NCBI GenBank assembly: GCA_001179505.1
Contig: CDMY01000663.1
Location: 1-34,647 of the forward strand
Direction: 5' to 3'
Origin: Vitrella brassicaformis CCMP3155
Lineage: Eukaryota > Protista > Chromerida
Length of the DNA stretch: 34,647 bases
The translations under genes were made by a program, and so were the position numbers. The notes under the pieces are model-generated. The model searched no databases, was not told where the DNA came from, and worked only from the letters and a program-made list of their open reading frames with translations. Shown piece by piece: positions 1 to 11,871 of this stretch (position 1 is the stretch's first letter; each line of letters opens with the position of its first letter).

Positions 1-134
1 ACTTAATCCTTTATCCGGGACTGACCGCCCGGCAGATCCTCTCTTCACCATTCTCCCCGACTCTCTCCCACCTATTCTTACAAAAACGAACAACCCAACA
101 AACACAACCGACGCAGATTCTTCCTCTGCGCAAG

Positions 135-1376
135 ATGCTGTCGACTCTGCTTGCATTGGAAAAGAGCGATAAGGAGAGGCCCGGGAAAGGCTCTTGGCGC
201 GGCATCAGGCAGTGCCTGGTGCAGTTCTTCTCGCGAGACCGGGCGCTGATTGCTGGCCTTCTGGCGTTCGTCCTGCTATGCGCCACCGTGGAGTTCTTCG
301 ACCTGCCGTCCATCTCTCAGATGACCCGAAGACGCCCCGGGCTGGGGAGGCGGCCGCTCGTCAACTATGGCTACACCGGAGAAAACTCATGCGCCCTGCA
401 CGGCCTGGAGGTGCGGGAGGTGCCTGCGATGGTTGTCGACTCTTTCATTTATGGTGGCGAGGCGGGCATGCTGGAGTTGCGGCTGGTTGAGCTAAACAGC
501 ACAGTGGACTTCTTTGTTGTGATCGAGCGGCGATGCCCTCTTTCGGACACAACGAGCGAGGCCGCCATTCGCAGCAGTACACCGGCTGCTGCGGCCCTCG
601 GCGATCGGCTGGTCGTCGTCACTCCTGACTGCGGAGAACTGGATGGCGGGCTGTCAGGGGAGAGGCGAGAGCTGCAATTGGTAACGAGTGCGCTGACAGG
701 TGGCCTGCGCAAGATCGCTGAGAAGCTGCCGGTCCAGTCAGATAATACAGTGGTGATACACTCCAGGGGCGTCGCCGAGTTCGCACGCCCGTCGACCCTT
801 GCCCTGCTCGGCAACTGTCTTGGATTCCAGCCGATCACATGTCTGGCGAGCCGGCGGTATCTCTTCACCTTTGAGTTTCGGCACCGCAGCCATTCGGAGA
901 GCCTGGTGGCCGTGCAGTTCAGGTCGCTCAAACAGTTGGGAAGGGACATTGAGAGGGCGAGGTCGGCGCCTATGGGCAGCGGGTGTCTCGCTGACGCGGG
1001 GTGGGCTATCGAGAATGCGATGGTTGAGGAGGAGGCTCTTGCGAGTGACCGTGAGGGCGGCAGCGTGAGTGGCGACACGGCGCCAAGCTGGCGGCGGGAT
1101 GGCCACCACAGATGGGCAGGTGGGTGCATGAGAACCACAAGCTTAGCTTGTGGGTGATGTGAGCGTATGCCTATGCCGTCCCCGTGTTTCGTGTCTGTAT
1201 CAGATTTGTGTGGTGGTGGTGGTGGTGTGGGTGTGGATGGGATCGGCCGGTCGCCAAACGGCGTGCAGGTCGAAACGTCCCTGGTCGGCCTCCCATCGGT
1301 CATCCAGGCCGACCCCCAACGCTTCAGACACCTGCTGCCGGGCAGGTGCGCCTCTCCTCTCTCGACACGTAGGTGA
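135..1376 (+). CDS. Divergent glycosyltransferase family 17 (MGAT3/GnT-III-like) type II membrane protein; exons 135-1119 and 1204-1376
   Basis: VVDSFIYGGEAGMLELRLVELNSTVDFFVVIE matches the GT17 N-terminal motif (D.F.F..E.D.LE.RL.EL...VD.FV.VE). A TM segment ALIAGLLAFVLLCATVEFF lies upstream. GT at 1120 and AG at 1203 join in phase (G|AT = Asp). Confidence 0.65.
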
Positions 1377-2517
1377 GGGTGGGTCATCGCCAGGCGGTCT
1401 GCATGGGCGTGTGTGAATAGGGGAGAGAAGATGCTAAGGTCCGTGTGTGAGTCAGGACGGTCGTCGAGCGCATGTGTGTCTGTCTGGCGGTGCGATCGAT
1501 GACTGCGAGAGAGTGTTGGTCTGTATGTACGGTGTGCTGTGACTGGCCCTTGGACGACTGCGAATGCGATGGACTTGAGTACAGAGGAAGGAAGGACCAT
1601 TGATTGACTGAAGAGCTCACCAAAACAAACCATGCGAGCAAAGGAAAGCAAAACAAAACTCCTCTCACTTACACATCGTCCACGTCACCAGGACCAACCA
1701 CACAAGTACACACCTCTAGAGAGACGAGCAGACAGGCAGGCAGAAAGGAGGGGGAAGCGCTTAAATAACCCATCCATCATCGCATCGGTCGGTCGATTGG
1801 ACCAGCCACGGTTCGTTCCTGTGTGTCGGCGTCGGCGGGCGCATGCACGCAGGTGACGGTCAGGTGAACTTGCATACGATCAAGTCCGCCTGGCCGTCCC
1901 GGGCGCGCATGCAACCTACCGACACCCGCCCCGAGGATCTGGCTGGCTGTGTTACTTAGATACGCCGGCAAAACGGTGCGCTCGCTCGTCCGGCTCCACC
2001 AACGTCTACATATCTACTTGTGTACGTCTCATCGCCTCGTGTGCTGTGCTGTGCTGGACGCGACGCGTGCCGATCTCACTACGACTGCACACACACAAGA
2101 AAACAAATCCCCATCTGTCTGTCTGTCTGTCTGGCCGCCTCCCTTTCTGTCTGCAGGTTGCCTCAACCAGGGAGCTGAATTGCCCACACGTATCTTGACG
2201 TGATGGTAGCCACTCGAGGATACGTTCGTGGCCGTTCCCGAGTGACTAGCGCCGCGTCGACATACCCGTGCACAGCTCAACTCACCCACCATCCATTATT
2301 CCCCAGTCAGTCCTCATGCACATATGCATCCGTAGACTGACTGACTGACTGACTGACAAAAAGGCTCTCTCTTGGTAGGTACCTAGACCGACCCCCCCGC
2401 GCCGACCCCCCCCCCCGACGCGACCCGACCCACCGACAGTAGAAAACATCACCCTGGCCTGGCCTCTCACTCACTCTCTCCTCTCCCCACTCACGCACCC
2501 CCCCATCCATCGATGCA

Positions 2518-4192
2518 TTATGAGGACACCGCCTGCAATGGAGGCGAACCCGAATTGGGGTTCGCCTGCTCGCCGCCCTCGGGCATGGTCACAGTGATGG
2601 GGGGGCTGGGCGATGCCTTGTCCTCGCCTGTCACTGCTGCCGCTGCTGCTGCTGACGGCGACCCATCGGGAGCAGCCGTGTCCTCGTGGTTATGATGGTG
2701 ATGGTGATGATGATGATGGCCGCCGCCAACGTGTGGCTGTGGGGGGTGGAGGTGCCTCTGTGTGGGGTGAGGGTGGAGCTGGTGATTGGGCCCGCCCGGC
2801 GAGTTGGCTGCGTGTTCGATGGACGACTGCAGGTGCTCGATGACGGCCAGTGAGGACTCGTAGTGTTTGGCGAAGTAGTCGATGTAGAACTGGGCGCCGT
2901 TGAAGATGATGACGGCGAGGAGGAAGAGCAGCCAGAGGGTGTGGCACCAGTAGGAGTGGTAGAGGATGGGCGTGTAGACGGCGCCGCCGAGGAAGATGCC
3001 CAGGTGGCAGAGGATGAAGATGAGCTTGGCGTGGGGCTGCAGCCGTCTGGGCAGCTTGTAGAGGATGCCTCGGTCGAGGGCCATATACTTGTACAGAGTG
3101 GCGTACTTCTTCCGCTCGATCTTGTCGGCCGACCAGATGAACATCTTGCCGTAATATGGCGCCGCCCACACCTGACATGGCCCACAGATACACACACACA
3201 CACACACACGATCCCTCTTATGCCCACACAGCGATGGGATGAGAGCATCTTTCCTTCATACCACGTAAAGCATGAAGGCCGGTGGGAAGACCTCAAGCCA
3301 GTAGGACCACCAGGCACCCCAGGCCGTGCTCCACGAGCTGAAGAATGGCGTGTTTAGGGTGTCGGGTGTCACCACAAATGAGGTGTCGCTGGGCGGGAAC
3401 CACCGGAGCGTCCACAGCACGACCAGCGGCGAGAAGTGGACCTCGGCCGTCGTCACCTTGTCCAGCGAGTGGGGGACGAGCGAGTTGCGGAAGAGCACCA
3501 CCGAGTTGCCCAGTGTGCCGCCGAATGTGAACACCGCTCGCCAGACGAGGAGGGAGGAGGGCGCACACCAGACGTAGATGAGGAGGATGAAGTTGGCCCA
3601 GTAGCAAAAGTCGAAGAGGTAGTAGTGGTGCCGCTTCATCCGGTAGTGGACGAACCGCAGGAGCAGCATGACGATGAGCTTGACGGTGTGGCAGGCGTAG
3701 AAGTAGCTGGGCCGCGCGCCGACGAGAAACGACGAGATGATGATGTCGAAGAAGAGCACGAGGAAGCAGATCTTGTGCAGCAGCTTCTTGGTCTTGGCGT
3801 CCTCGAGCCGCTTCCACAGCCGGTGTGCGCGGGTCAACATCCGCTCCTTCCTCTGCCGCAGCCGCACCCGCAGGTGCTCTGGGATGGTCTTGATCATCTT
3901 GTTGGTCGACTTGACGATGTCCACCAGGTCCATGGCGAAGTTGAGGTTGAGGTCGACGAAGTCAAAGTCCATCTCCTTCTCGGCCTTGCGCATCCGCATC
4001 CCCACGCCCAGCAGCCGCCGCCGCGACCCCACCGCCTGGCCCTGGCTGCCCAATCCCCCCTCGTCGAAGTGCTTGGAGGACTCCCCGGGTCTTCGGCGGC
4101 GGTATGCCCCTCCCTGCCCCTCCTCGGCGCCCTGCAGACTTCTATCATCATCCGACTGCAGATCGTCGAAATCAAACCTGCGCACCGCACGC

Positions 4193-4226
<34 letters not shown>

Positions 4227-4528
4227 TGGCGAGTGACCGGCATGGATTGGATAGGTGGGGTGAGTGGTGTTTTGTCCCTCCCTCCCTCCCTCCCTGAGGC
4301 CTGGTGGCTCACTACTCACATATCTTCTCGGTCGCTTTCGGCATTGAATGCCTCGCCCTCCATATCGGTGAGGAAGGGGTCGAAGTAGTCGAATGCCGAT
4401 GCGTTGGAGGCATCCTCCGACTGCTGGCTCGACAAGGTGTCCTCAGACTCGTTGCGCTGCGGGTGCTCGCCGTTCGCCGCGCCAGGCGCGCCGTCCCCTG
4501 ACGCCAGCTCGCCGTTGCCTCCTGACAT
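2518..4528 (-). CDS. GPC1: Glycerophosphocholine acyltransferase Gpc1/GPCAT-like (DUF2838) multi-TM protein; exons 4528-4320, 4177-3262, 3171-2518
   Basis: Motifs HYYLFDFCYWAN and FRNSLVPHSLDKVTTAEVH resemble the DUF2838 signatures (Y.L.DFCY..N; WRNSLVFHS.DK.TS..IH). Several hydrophobic helices. Both introns are GT-AG and in phase. Confidence 0.8.
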
Positions 4529-4755
4529 CTGTGCAAGGCTGGGAAGGCTTCAAAAAGCCGAGATTCGTCCGTCTGGGAATGCGAGCCTTGCAAAAGGTCT
4601 GCCTCGCGTAGAGGGATGCTGCACGGCTTGTGACAAGGCAAGAGTGTTGTGCAGCTGCAGAGAGACCTTTTCGCTTCCTTGGTCCCTTCTGTCTGTCTGT
4701 GTGCCTCCCTCCCTCCCTCGGCACTCGTGAGGGCCCTGTCTGTCTGTGCATTGCA
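4529..4755. promoter_or_regulatory. Short bidirectional promoter between GPC1-like (-) and ATP synthase d (+)
   Basis: 227 bp lie between the divergent ATGs. GCTTCAAA at 4547-4554 and TGCGAGCC at 4580-4587. Confidence 0.5.
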
Positions 4756-7700
4756 ATGCTCATACGACGGTACAAAGCATACACACAAGATCTGCTGCCC
4801 CTCTACTCTGCGCTGCTCCGCCCTGCGCATCTCGTGTGTTGGATGTGTGCGGCTCGGCTTGCTGTTCGTTTCGTTCATCAGGTGTGTGCGTCGCGTGTTG
4901 CCGCGTCGTGAGTCGTGGCACAACCTCGGGGCCTACACGCTGACGGAGAAGGATGCGGCGGCGTGGCGTGAGCTGCGCGCGAGGGACCTCAATGTGGAGT
5001 CGGTCGCCACTCGGTTCGAGAAGGACACCACCCCGCCCATCAACTGGAAGTACTGGGAGGACACCATCACACACAAAGACATCGTCACTTGGTGAGCCAG
5101 TCAGAGCGTGGCGTGCATACGCAGCTGGAAAGAGCAACGCTTGATGATGCGCTAAGATGTGTGTCTGTTTGTATGTGTGTTATGACAGCATGAAGGCGTT
5201 TTACGAGCATCAGATGTCAGTGCTCGACTCTGCGCTGCGGGAGGACCACCGCAAGATCATCACAGAGAACCAGAAAGAGGGATGGCACCTCTGGGAGGAA
5301 GGGGTGCGTGTCACACACACACAGACACACGTACATCAATCAGTCCACCTGTAGTAGGAGCAGTGTGTCTGTGTGTGGGTTGTGTCGTTTTTGCAGGTGT
5401 CGAGTTGCCGGGAGTCGGTGAAGGCCTCTGATGAGATCATTGACAACGGCGCGAGAGCTCTGTGGATCTCATTCCACAACCCACTGCCATGGCAAATCAA
5501 ACCCAGCGAGGTCAGCACACACACACCACACACGCACATCTCACATGCAAATGCGGCCGGGGCCCTCCCTCCCTCCCTCTCTATATCTGTGCGCTGTGCG
5601 TGTCTTGTCTGTCGCTCAGTGGGTGGATTCTGATCAGTATTGGCAGGCGTATTTCGAGAAGCACATGTACCGCCACACCACCACCGGCGAACCCGCCGAC
5701 CCCGAGTCGGAAGACTTCCAAAAGGTAAGGGACACACACACCTCCACCCACCCGACGCACGTGTCACACGTGTCACATGACTCATCCATTGATTGATTCG
5801 ATTCGTTCGTTCTGTCAGATGGTGGATGCGGACGTGTCTGCGGACACGCGGCTGTGGAACGACCGCAGCGACACCCCCACCAACAACCAAAACATGACGC
5901 AGCTGCCCTCATGGGAATACTACGACATTCACAGGTACACACACACAGAGCTCCTTCTGCCGTCCCTGCATCCATCCATCCATCCATGCATCTATCGGTT
6001 TGTCAGGCGTGCCTTTGTCGAGCACATGGTGTACTACCTCCTCCGGACGGGGGGCGACTACCGGTTCTTCCCAGAGGTCCCGCCATGGCAGTGGCTCACG
6101 CACATCGAGCAACTCAGATGGCAGTTCGTCTCAGTGGTACGACGTATGCCACACACACACACACACCTGCCTTGCCTTACACACCACCCATGAGTCTGTC
6201 TGTCTGTTCGTGTGTGTGTGTGTGTGTGCAGACTCAGCGTCGCCGTTCGGTGTTCCAGATGGAGAAGGAGGCGCGTGTGATGGCGCTGGACATGCAGCCG
6301 CTCGACTACGAGCACGACGGCGATGAGTTCCACCAGAAATTCATCGCGACGGAGAAGGCGCAGTTCGAGAGCGTCGCCGCGCGGCTGATGGGCAACTTCA
6401 TCCTCTTCTGCTACCCATACATTCCTGTCCAGACCACAACAGCACTGCACAGGTGGGTGGACCAATGAGATGAGGGTGGGTGGTGGTGGTGTGTGGCGAA
6501 AGTGGGTGTCACTTGAGTGTGTTGTGTTGTGGTGTGTGGTTGGTTTGGTGTGTCATTCAGGGCGTTGGGTGTGGACGATGGTCAGGGGAAGCTCTACAGC
6601 CTGGGGGATGACGTCAACGCCCTCTTCTACAAACCTGGCATTCCCACGGTCCGTACGGTGGGCGGGGTGGCAGACAGACAGCAAAGGATGGATGGGGTGA
6701 ATGGCCGGCCCGTGGGTGGCTTCTTTCTTGTTTTGTGTGGATGTGTCTTCCTCCATCCATCAGGAGTTCCCCAAGCCCTCGGACGCCTTCAACTCCCTCA
6801 TGGTATTTATTTATTGATCAAGACATGACATGACGCGCCATGAAGTCTCTGCCTGCTGACCTGGCCACATGAATCACATCTGATGTGTGTGGTCTGTGTG
6901 TGTGTGTATGTGTGTGCGTATCAGGATCACGTGACGTTGAGCGGCCAGCGGTTCAACCCCGCGTACTCCACCATGCTCAGCATCTTCACACAGCTCCTCG
7001 ACTCGAGACCACAACCATGGTAGGTATATCGGCCGGCAGATGCCACACACACCGCACACACACCAGTGGCTGGTGGCATGTGTGTGTTGTGTTTAGGTTC
7101 AAGACGGAGGACGAGAGTGTGGGTGAGGCCTTCATGAGGCGGCTCAAGGTCGACGACCCCTCACGGCCCGTCTACGAGGCATACCTTGAGGAAATGAAGG
7201 TGCGCGATGCGATCAACAGACACACCAAGTGTGGAGTGAGTGCATGCCGGCCGTGCCGTGTCATTGGTGTGGTTTCCGTATTTGGCAATGCACGTGATTG
7301 TGATGTGCTGGTGCGTGTTTGGTTTGCAGGAGCGGTTTGGTTCAGCCGTCGAGGTGCCGGCTGACAAGATGGTGGAGCAGACACAGGCAGTCGAGAGGAG
7401 ATATAGGTGGGTGGGCAGCGCAGCGCAGCGTGATGGATCTGATAGACACGTACGCCCATTGATGCTATGCGGTCTGTCTTGTTCTGTGTGTGTGGTGTGG
7501 CACTGCCACACAGGCAAGAGTGCGCTGTGTATCGGCAGCTGCTGTATGCCATGAATGACAACATCATGGTAGGGATGCAGCCAGCCCTGCCAACGGACAC
7601 ATGCACTGCTCTGCACTGCACTGCACCACACACCTCTCACACACGCACGCCATTTCTCCTTCCCTCCCTCCCTCCCTCCTTGTTCGTTCCTCAGACCAAG

Positions 7701-8126
7701 TCTCGGGCCGAGACCGATCGCCTGCTCAAGATGCACGAAGCGGGGCAGCTGCAGGTGAGCCACACACGCACACACACACACACACGTGTGCTCCCGCATG
7801 TATCTCTCATCTCATAGTATACATGTGTTCGTTCGTCAGGGTTTGTTGGATTCCGGTGCGCTTGTGGTTGTTGACGAGGGCCGTCTGCCCCGCGGCGAGG
7901 AGCCCCCCGCCCACCGGGCCGCCTTCATCACCGACAGCCAGACACTCATCGAGAACATACAGGAGTTCGAAGAACTGGTCAGCCAGCCACATAACCACCG
8001 ATAGAGAAGGTGTGGGGCGGCTGGCTGATATATGGTCGTGTGTGTGTGTGTGTGTGTGTGCAGAAGGAGCGGACGTTGGATGCTGTCATGGCGACCAAGA
8101 CAGCTCTGGACGTCAAGAAGAAATGA
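4756..8126 (+). CDS. ATP5PD: Mitochondrial F1Fo ATP synthase subunit d, apicomplexan type; 17 exons (4756-4769, 4882-5091, 5189-5303, 5397-5510, 5620-5724, 5819-5934, 6007-6136, 6232-6452, 6561-6648, 6764-6802, 6925-7019, 7097-7199, 7330-7406, 7514-7568, 7695-7754, 7840-7977, 8064-8126)
   Basis: The spliced product contains INWKYWEDTITHKDIVTCMKAFY, NGARALWIS, EWVDSDQYWQAYFEKH, NDRSDTP, LPSWEYYDIHRRAFVEHM, RTGGDYRFFPEVPPWQWL and GKLYSLGDDVNALFY. These match the Toxoplasma subunit d sequence as I recall it, motif for motif. All junctions are GT-AG and phase-compatible. Confidence 0.88.
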
Positions 8127-9199
8127 TGGGCTGCATGACCGACCGACCGACAGACTGAGATTTTTGCACTATTGCCCTCGATTGAGAGCGAGGGGCTCTT
8201 TCCTTTTGTGTGTCTCCCGCCCCTCTCCAGCGTTGCGTTGCGTTGGGCGGGCGTGGACGACGAGGCGCGGGTGGGTGAGGGAGGAGGTCGCTTGCCTAAG
8301 ACGAGTCCTATCCGAGGCTAGACAGACCTACTATCTATCTATCTCTTTGATTGGTGCCGACCGACCGATTGTGTTGTTGGTGTGTGGAGGTGAGGGTGTC
8401 TGTCGATGGATGGGTTGGTCGCTTCTATCTCTGTGTCTTCTGTCTCTCATCTGACATTCCCATGGGCGAGCGCCAGGTGCCCGCCAGCACCCTGGCTATG
8501 TGTCTGTCGCTTGCCTGTGGCCGTCTTAGAGAGGAGACTCACGATAGCTTAAGCCAACCGACCCCCGCCACACACACAGTTTGAGCAGCACACAGTTTGA
8601 GCAGACACAGTCGATGTGCTGTGCTGTGTCAGTCAGTCATTGTTGTTTGTGACACGGTGTGTGTGTGTGTATGGGTTTGCAGTGATGAGAGTGCGTGCAC
8701 TGCAGATTGTGAAACTCAGTTAACTGACTGATATGTGCGATTGAGGACTCACTCTCACGTCAGTCACGTGGTGGGACCAAGGTACCTACCTAGATGAGGA
8801 GGCAGATCGATCGTTGTGAGGTCGATGGATGTCTCCCTTGCCCCTCCCTCCCTCCCTCCCTCTCCCGTGTCGGCCCAACAACCCAACCACACAATTGCAG
8901 CCACACGCGCTAGCAAGGAGTCTCCACGTGACGTACACTCTTCCATTCAATCATTCGCAGGACGTCAATCCGTCGGCCCGCGAATGAAATGGATAAACAC
9001 AGAGAAAGACAGACAGACAGCTGAGCGATGCAAAACATAACAAGGCCAGCCAAACCTGACAAATCGCACAACAGGCACCCAGACGCAAATCATGGGACAA
9101 CACTCGATTCATCGTCATCTTGTGTCATTCCCTCCACAGGTCATGTAACGCATCCATCGGGTGCCACAGGAACATCAGGATACAAAATGTAGACAGCGA

Positions 9200-11260
9200 C
9201 TGATGGATGGACAGATGCTGCGTGCAGAGGGGCCACACACCATCCATCCGCCCGCCCACCATGTCTCCATGTCTGACGGCATCGTTTTTGCAGTCAGGAG
9301 GCGAAGCCGTCAGAGGGAAGGGATAACACGAAGGAATACAGGTCTCTTTGTCGATTTCCTGAAAGAAATCGTCGCAGGCTTACGTCCATGTTTTTGTGCA
9401 TTCGGATGGTGCGGTCGATGTCGCCACACAGCTGCCGCTCCAGGCTGACGAGTGCCTTGAGGATGCCCTCCAGGGCTGGTCGGAAGGCCATATGGGTCTG
9501 CAGGCACCTGAAGCCGAGGTCCCCGACCTTCTTGGCAGTCGCCATAGACCAAATTCAGCCCCGCCCCCCAGAGTCGTCGTCAGCCCGCTGCTGGAGCGTG
9601 GGCTGCCCACCGACGAGGCCGCATGGCTGACCGTCGCGACCGACGAGGTACTGCAGCTCCTCAGACCAGTGGAGCGCTGCAAGTGCCTCATCTCGGAAGC
9701 ATGCGGCCTCGTAGCGGCCGCCCACCAGCTGGTTGTGTGGCCACCGCATCGCCTTCGCAGCGCCCGCCGCAGCCGTGCCCTCTCGGCTGTCTCTCCCAAA
9801 TCCTGCGGATCAATGGACGGGACACAGAGGAAATGAGACACACCCATAGGTGCTGTTCAGTGTTCTCCTACCAAAAGAGTGTTTCTGCCGCCTACTTGTC
9901 GTAGGCTGTGTTGTCCCTTGTCTTGGCCTGCGGTAGGATGGACGTGTACGCCAGGATTATGCAGGCAGCTTTCGAATGTACAGAAGTACGTACGTCGGCG
10001 CTTTTCACCCATTGCAATATGTCCCACAGCTGGTGTTTTATCTGACAGACATGCAGACCAGGCAGCACGTACAATGGTGGGCTCTGAAGCATACTCTGAA
10101 CGGGAAAAAGCAAGAAGGCAAGAGGGACATTGGGGGACAAGAAAGCAAGTACCTGTGACCCGCGAACAACGACTTCGAATCGGTCCCCTACATGATCCCG
10201 CCACCACAGCGTCCGCCTGAGAGTCTCTCGCGGCTCGCCGAGCAATTGTCGCCGAGTGTCATCTTGTAGGAACGAGCTGAAGCAGCACCCGGTCCACACC
10301 ACGAATGCGAAACCACCTTGACGTGAGCACGCTGCAAGCACAGAATACAGTGAGTGCATGTGCTGCATATGCCCTGCACTGCACTGCCTCTCTCGCCGCT
10401 CTTCCCCCTTACCGGTGTCTTCTTTCCCCAGGCTCCTCTCGACATAACCGGTTGGTTGGATGGCGTCGGTCACCTCTGCAACGTCCCCGTGAGGTTAACG
10501 AACGACAAGATCGCCTGGGCAGGCACGCACACACATGTGGCACAGACAGAAACACGCATTGGATTCTGCGGTGTGTCATGCGTGTTGCTTGCGTGTGCTC
10601 TCATCCATCCATCCATCCATCCGTGCGGCGATGAGACTCACGACGGACAGACGCGACGCGAGGGGGGCCCGTGGAGTGGAGAAGAAGGGTGCGCAAGGGA
10701 TGCCCGACGGAAATTTGTAATTCATGGAATTTGTCATTTTAGAAGGCCTCCGTTGCGGGCAGCGTCTTGAGGGCCGCTCGGCCGGGAGGGGCGTCCACAC
10801 ACAGCATTTTGAAACAGGCATCCTTGCCTGCAAACACACACATCGCCACACGTCAGGGGGATGAATGAACGCATCGCTTGCCAATGCCCACAATGCGCCC
10901 AACCGCAGCCCATGCAGCCCACCTAGGTACCTACCTGGGAAGGTGCCTCGATAAACGTGGAGGCCCCCCTCCTTTCTCGCCAAAGAGGACAGACGAAAGA
11001 TCCGCCCGTCCCCCTCTCAATCCGACGGGTCGCCTCGATGAATGGCTGCTGGTCTCTTATGTCGTTTAGGTAGCCCAGCATGTGGCCGAATCCCTCTGGC
11101 GCCTCAAGCAGTCCGCCCTCCACGTAGTCGGGAACGGGATGGCGGACCTTTGATGTTGACCGCGACTTCTTCTTTCCGCTCTTCCTTTTCATCTTCTTCT
11201 TCAGTCCCATCACCTCGATCTTTGTTGCGTCGATGGCATCCTCGAGGGTACCTCTTCCGG
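9200..11260 (-). pseudogene. Multi-exon protein kinase pseudogene (TKL/IRAK-Pelle-like)
   Basis: Spliced minus-strand pieces give KEGGLHVYRGTFP|GKDACFKML (subdomains I-II like), PTGYVERSLGKEDT|GGFAFVVW (VIII-IX like) and AKKVGDLGFRCLQTHMAFRPALEGILKAL (XI like). In-frame stops at about 10739-10741 (TAA), 10495-10497 (TAA), 9892-9894 (TAG) and 9555-9557 (TGA), plus frame changes. Boundaries are approximate. Confidence 0.5.
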
Positions 11261-11391
11261 TCAGAGGTCTAGCTGCTCTTGCGAGAGCTGGACCATGTTG
11301 ACTGGCGGGAGGCAGTGTGGCTTCTCCCGCCTCCAGCTGTCTGTCTGTCTGTCTGCCTGTCTGTCTGCGTCAGTTGGTATCAGTCAAACGT

Positions 11392-11860
11392 ACCGCATAG
11401 CGCTGGAGCGTAGGCCTCAAACCGCTCCACAAGTGCCTCCTTCCGCATGGTGTATGAAGAACCACCTGACCGGCAGACAGAGAAGGAGTCCAACCAACGA
11501 TGCAGTCAGTGTGTGCGTCGTCTGTCGCTCTGTGCTGTGCTCCATTGCCGGGCGGCTCGGCTTCTTACTCTCGAGCAGGTACGTCACCAAGGGGCGCACC
11601 CTGAGGATGCTGTGGAGGAGGGAGGAGAGCCAGCAGCTCTGGTCGATGTTGACAAACACCACCTCCCGAGGCCACTGCACGCACACAGCCACAACACAGT
11701 GCACCATGCCCCGAGAGACACGGTATACCCTCCAGGTCGCTCACCCTTTGTGTCCACTGCTCGTCGTACGCTGTCGGCGTGGCGAAATGGGGGCTGTTGG
11801 ACACAACGGCGAGCGTGGAGGCTCTGCCCTTGGCTGCGGCCGGTGGAGTCGACGGACCTA
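11392..11860 (-). pseudogene. USP (peptidase C19)-like 5' fragment, copy A, with an in-frame Cys box
   Basis: Exon 11674-11569 reads WPREVVFVNIDQSCWLSSLLHSILRVRPLVTYLLE, resembling GL.N.GNTCY.NS.LQ.L...P.L..YL; Cys codon at 11633-11635. The next exon reads SGSSYTMRKEALVERFEAYAPALC. No downstream USP exons follow. Confidence 0.6.
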
Positions 11861-11871
11861 CCTCGTGACGA

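Noticed and set aside
449-1651. 400-aa minus-strand ORF and other long antisense or alternate-frame ORFs (e.g. 3436..4236, 23423..24184, 29355..30257)
   Set aside because: They are shadows of GC-rich coding sequence on the opposite strand, with no motifs, and they run through intronic microsatellites.
8573-8604. Direct repeat CACACAGTTTGAGCAG x2
   Set aside because: Only two adjacent copies with no spacer, in a CA-rich intergenic region; consistent with slippage and not CRISPR-like.
9555-9557. In-frame TGA within a coding-like frame (GGRG*IWSM) as selenocysteine or readthrough
   Set aside because: The same locus also has TAA and TAG stops and frameshifts, and the position is not a redox motif. 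Pseudogenisation is the simpler explanation.
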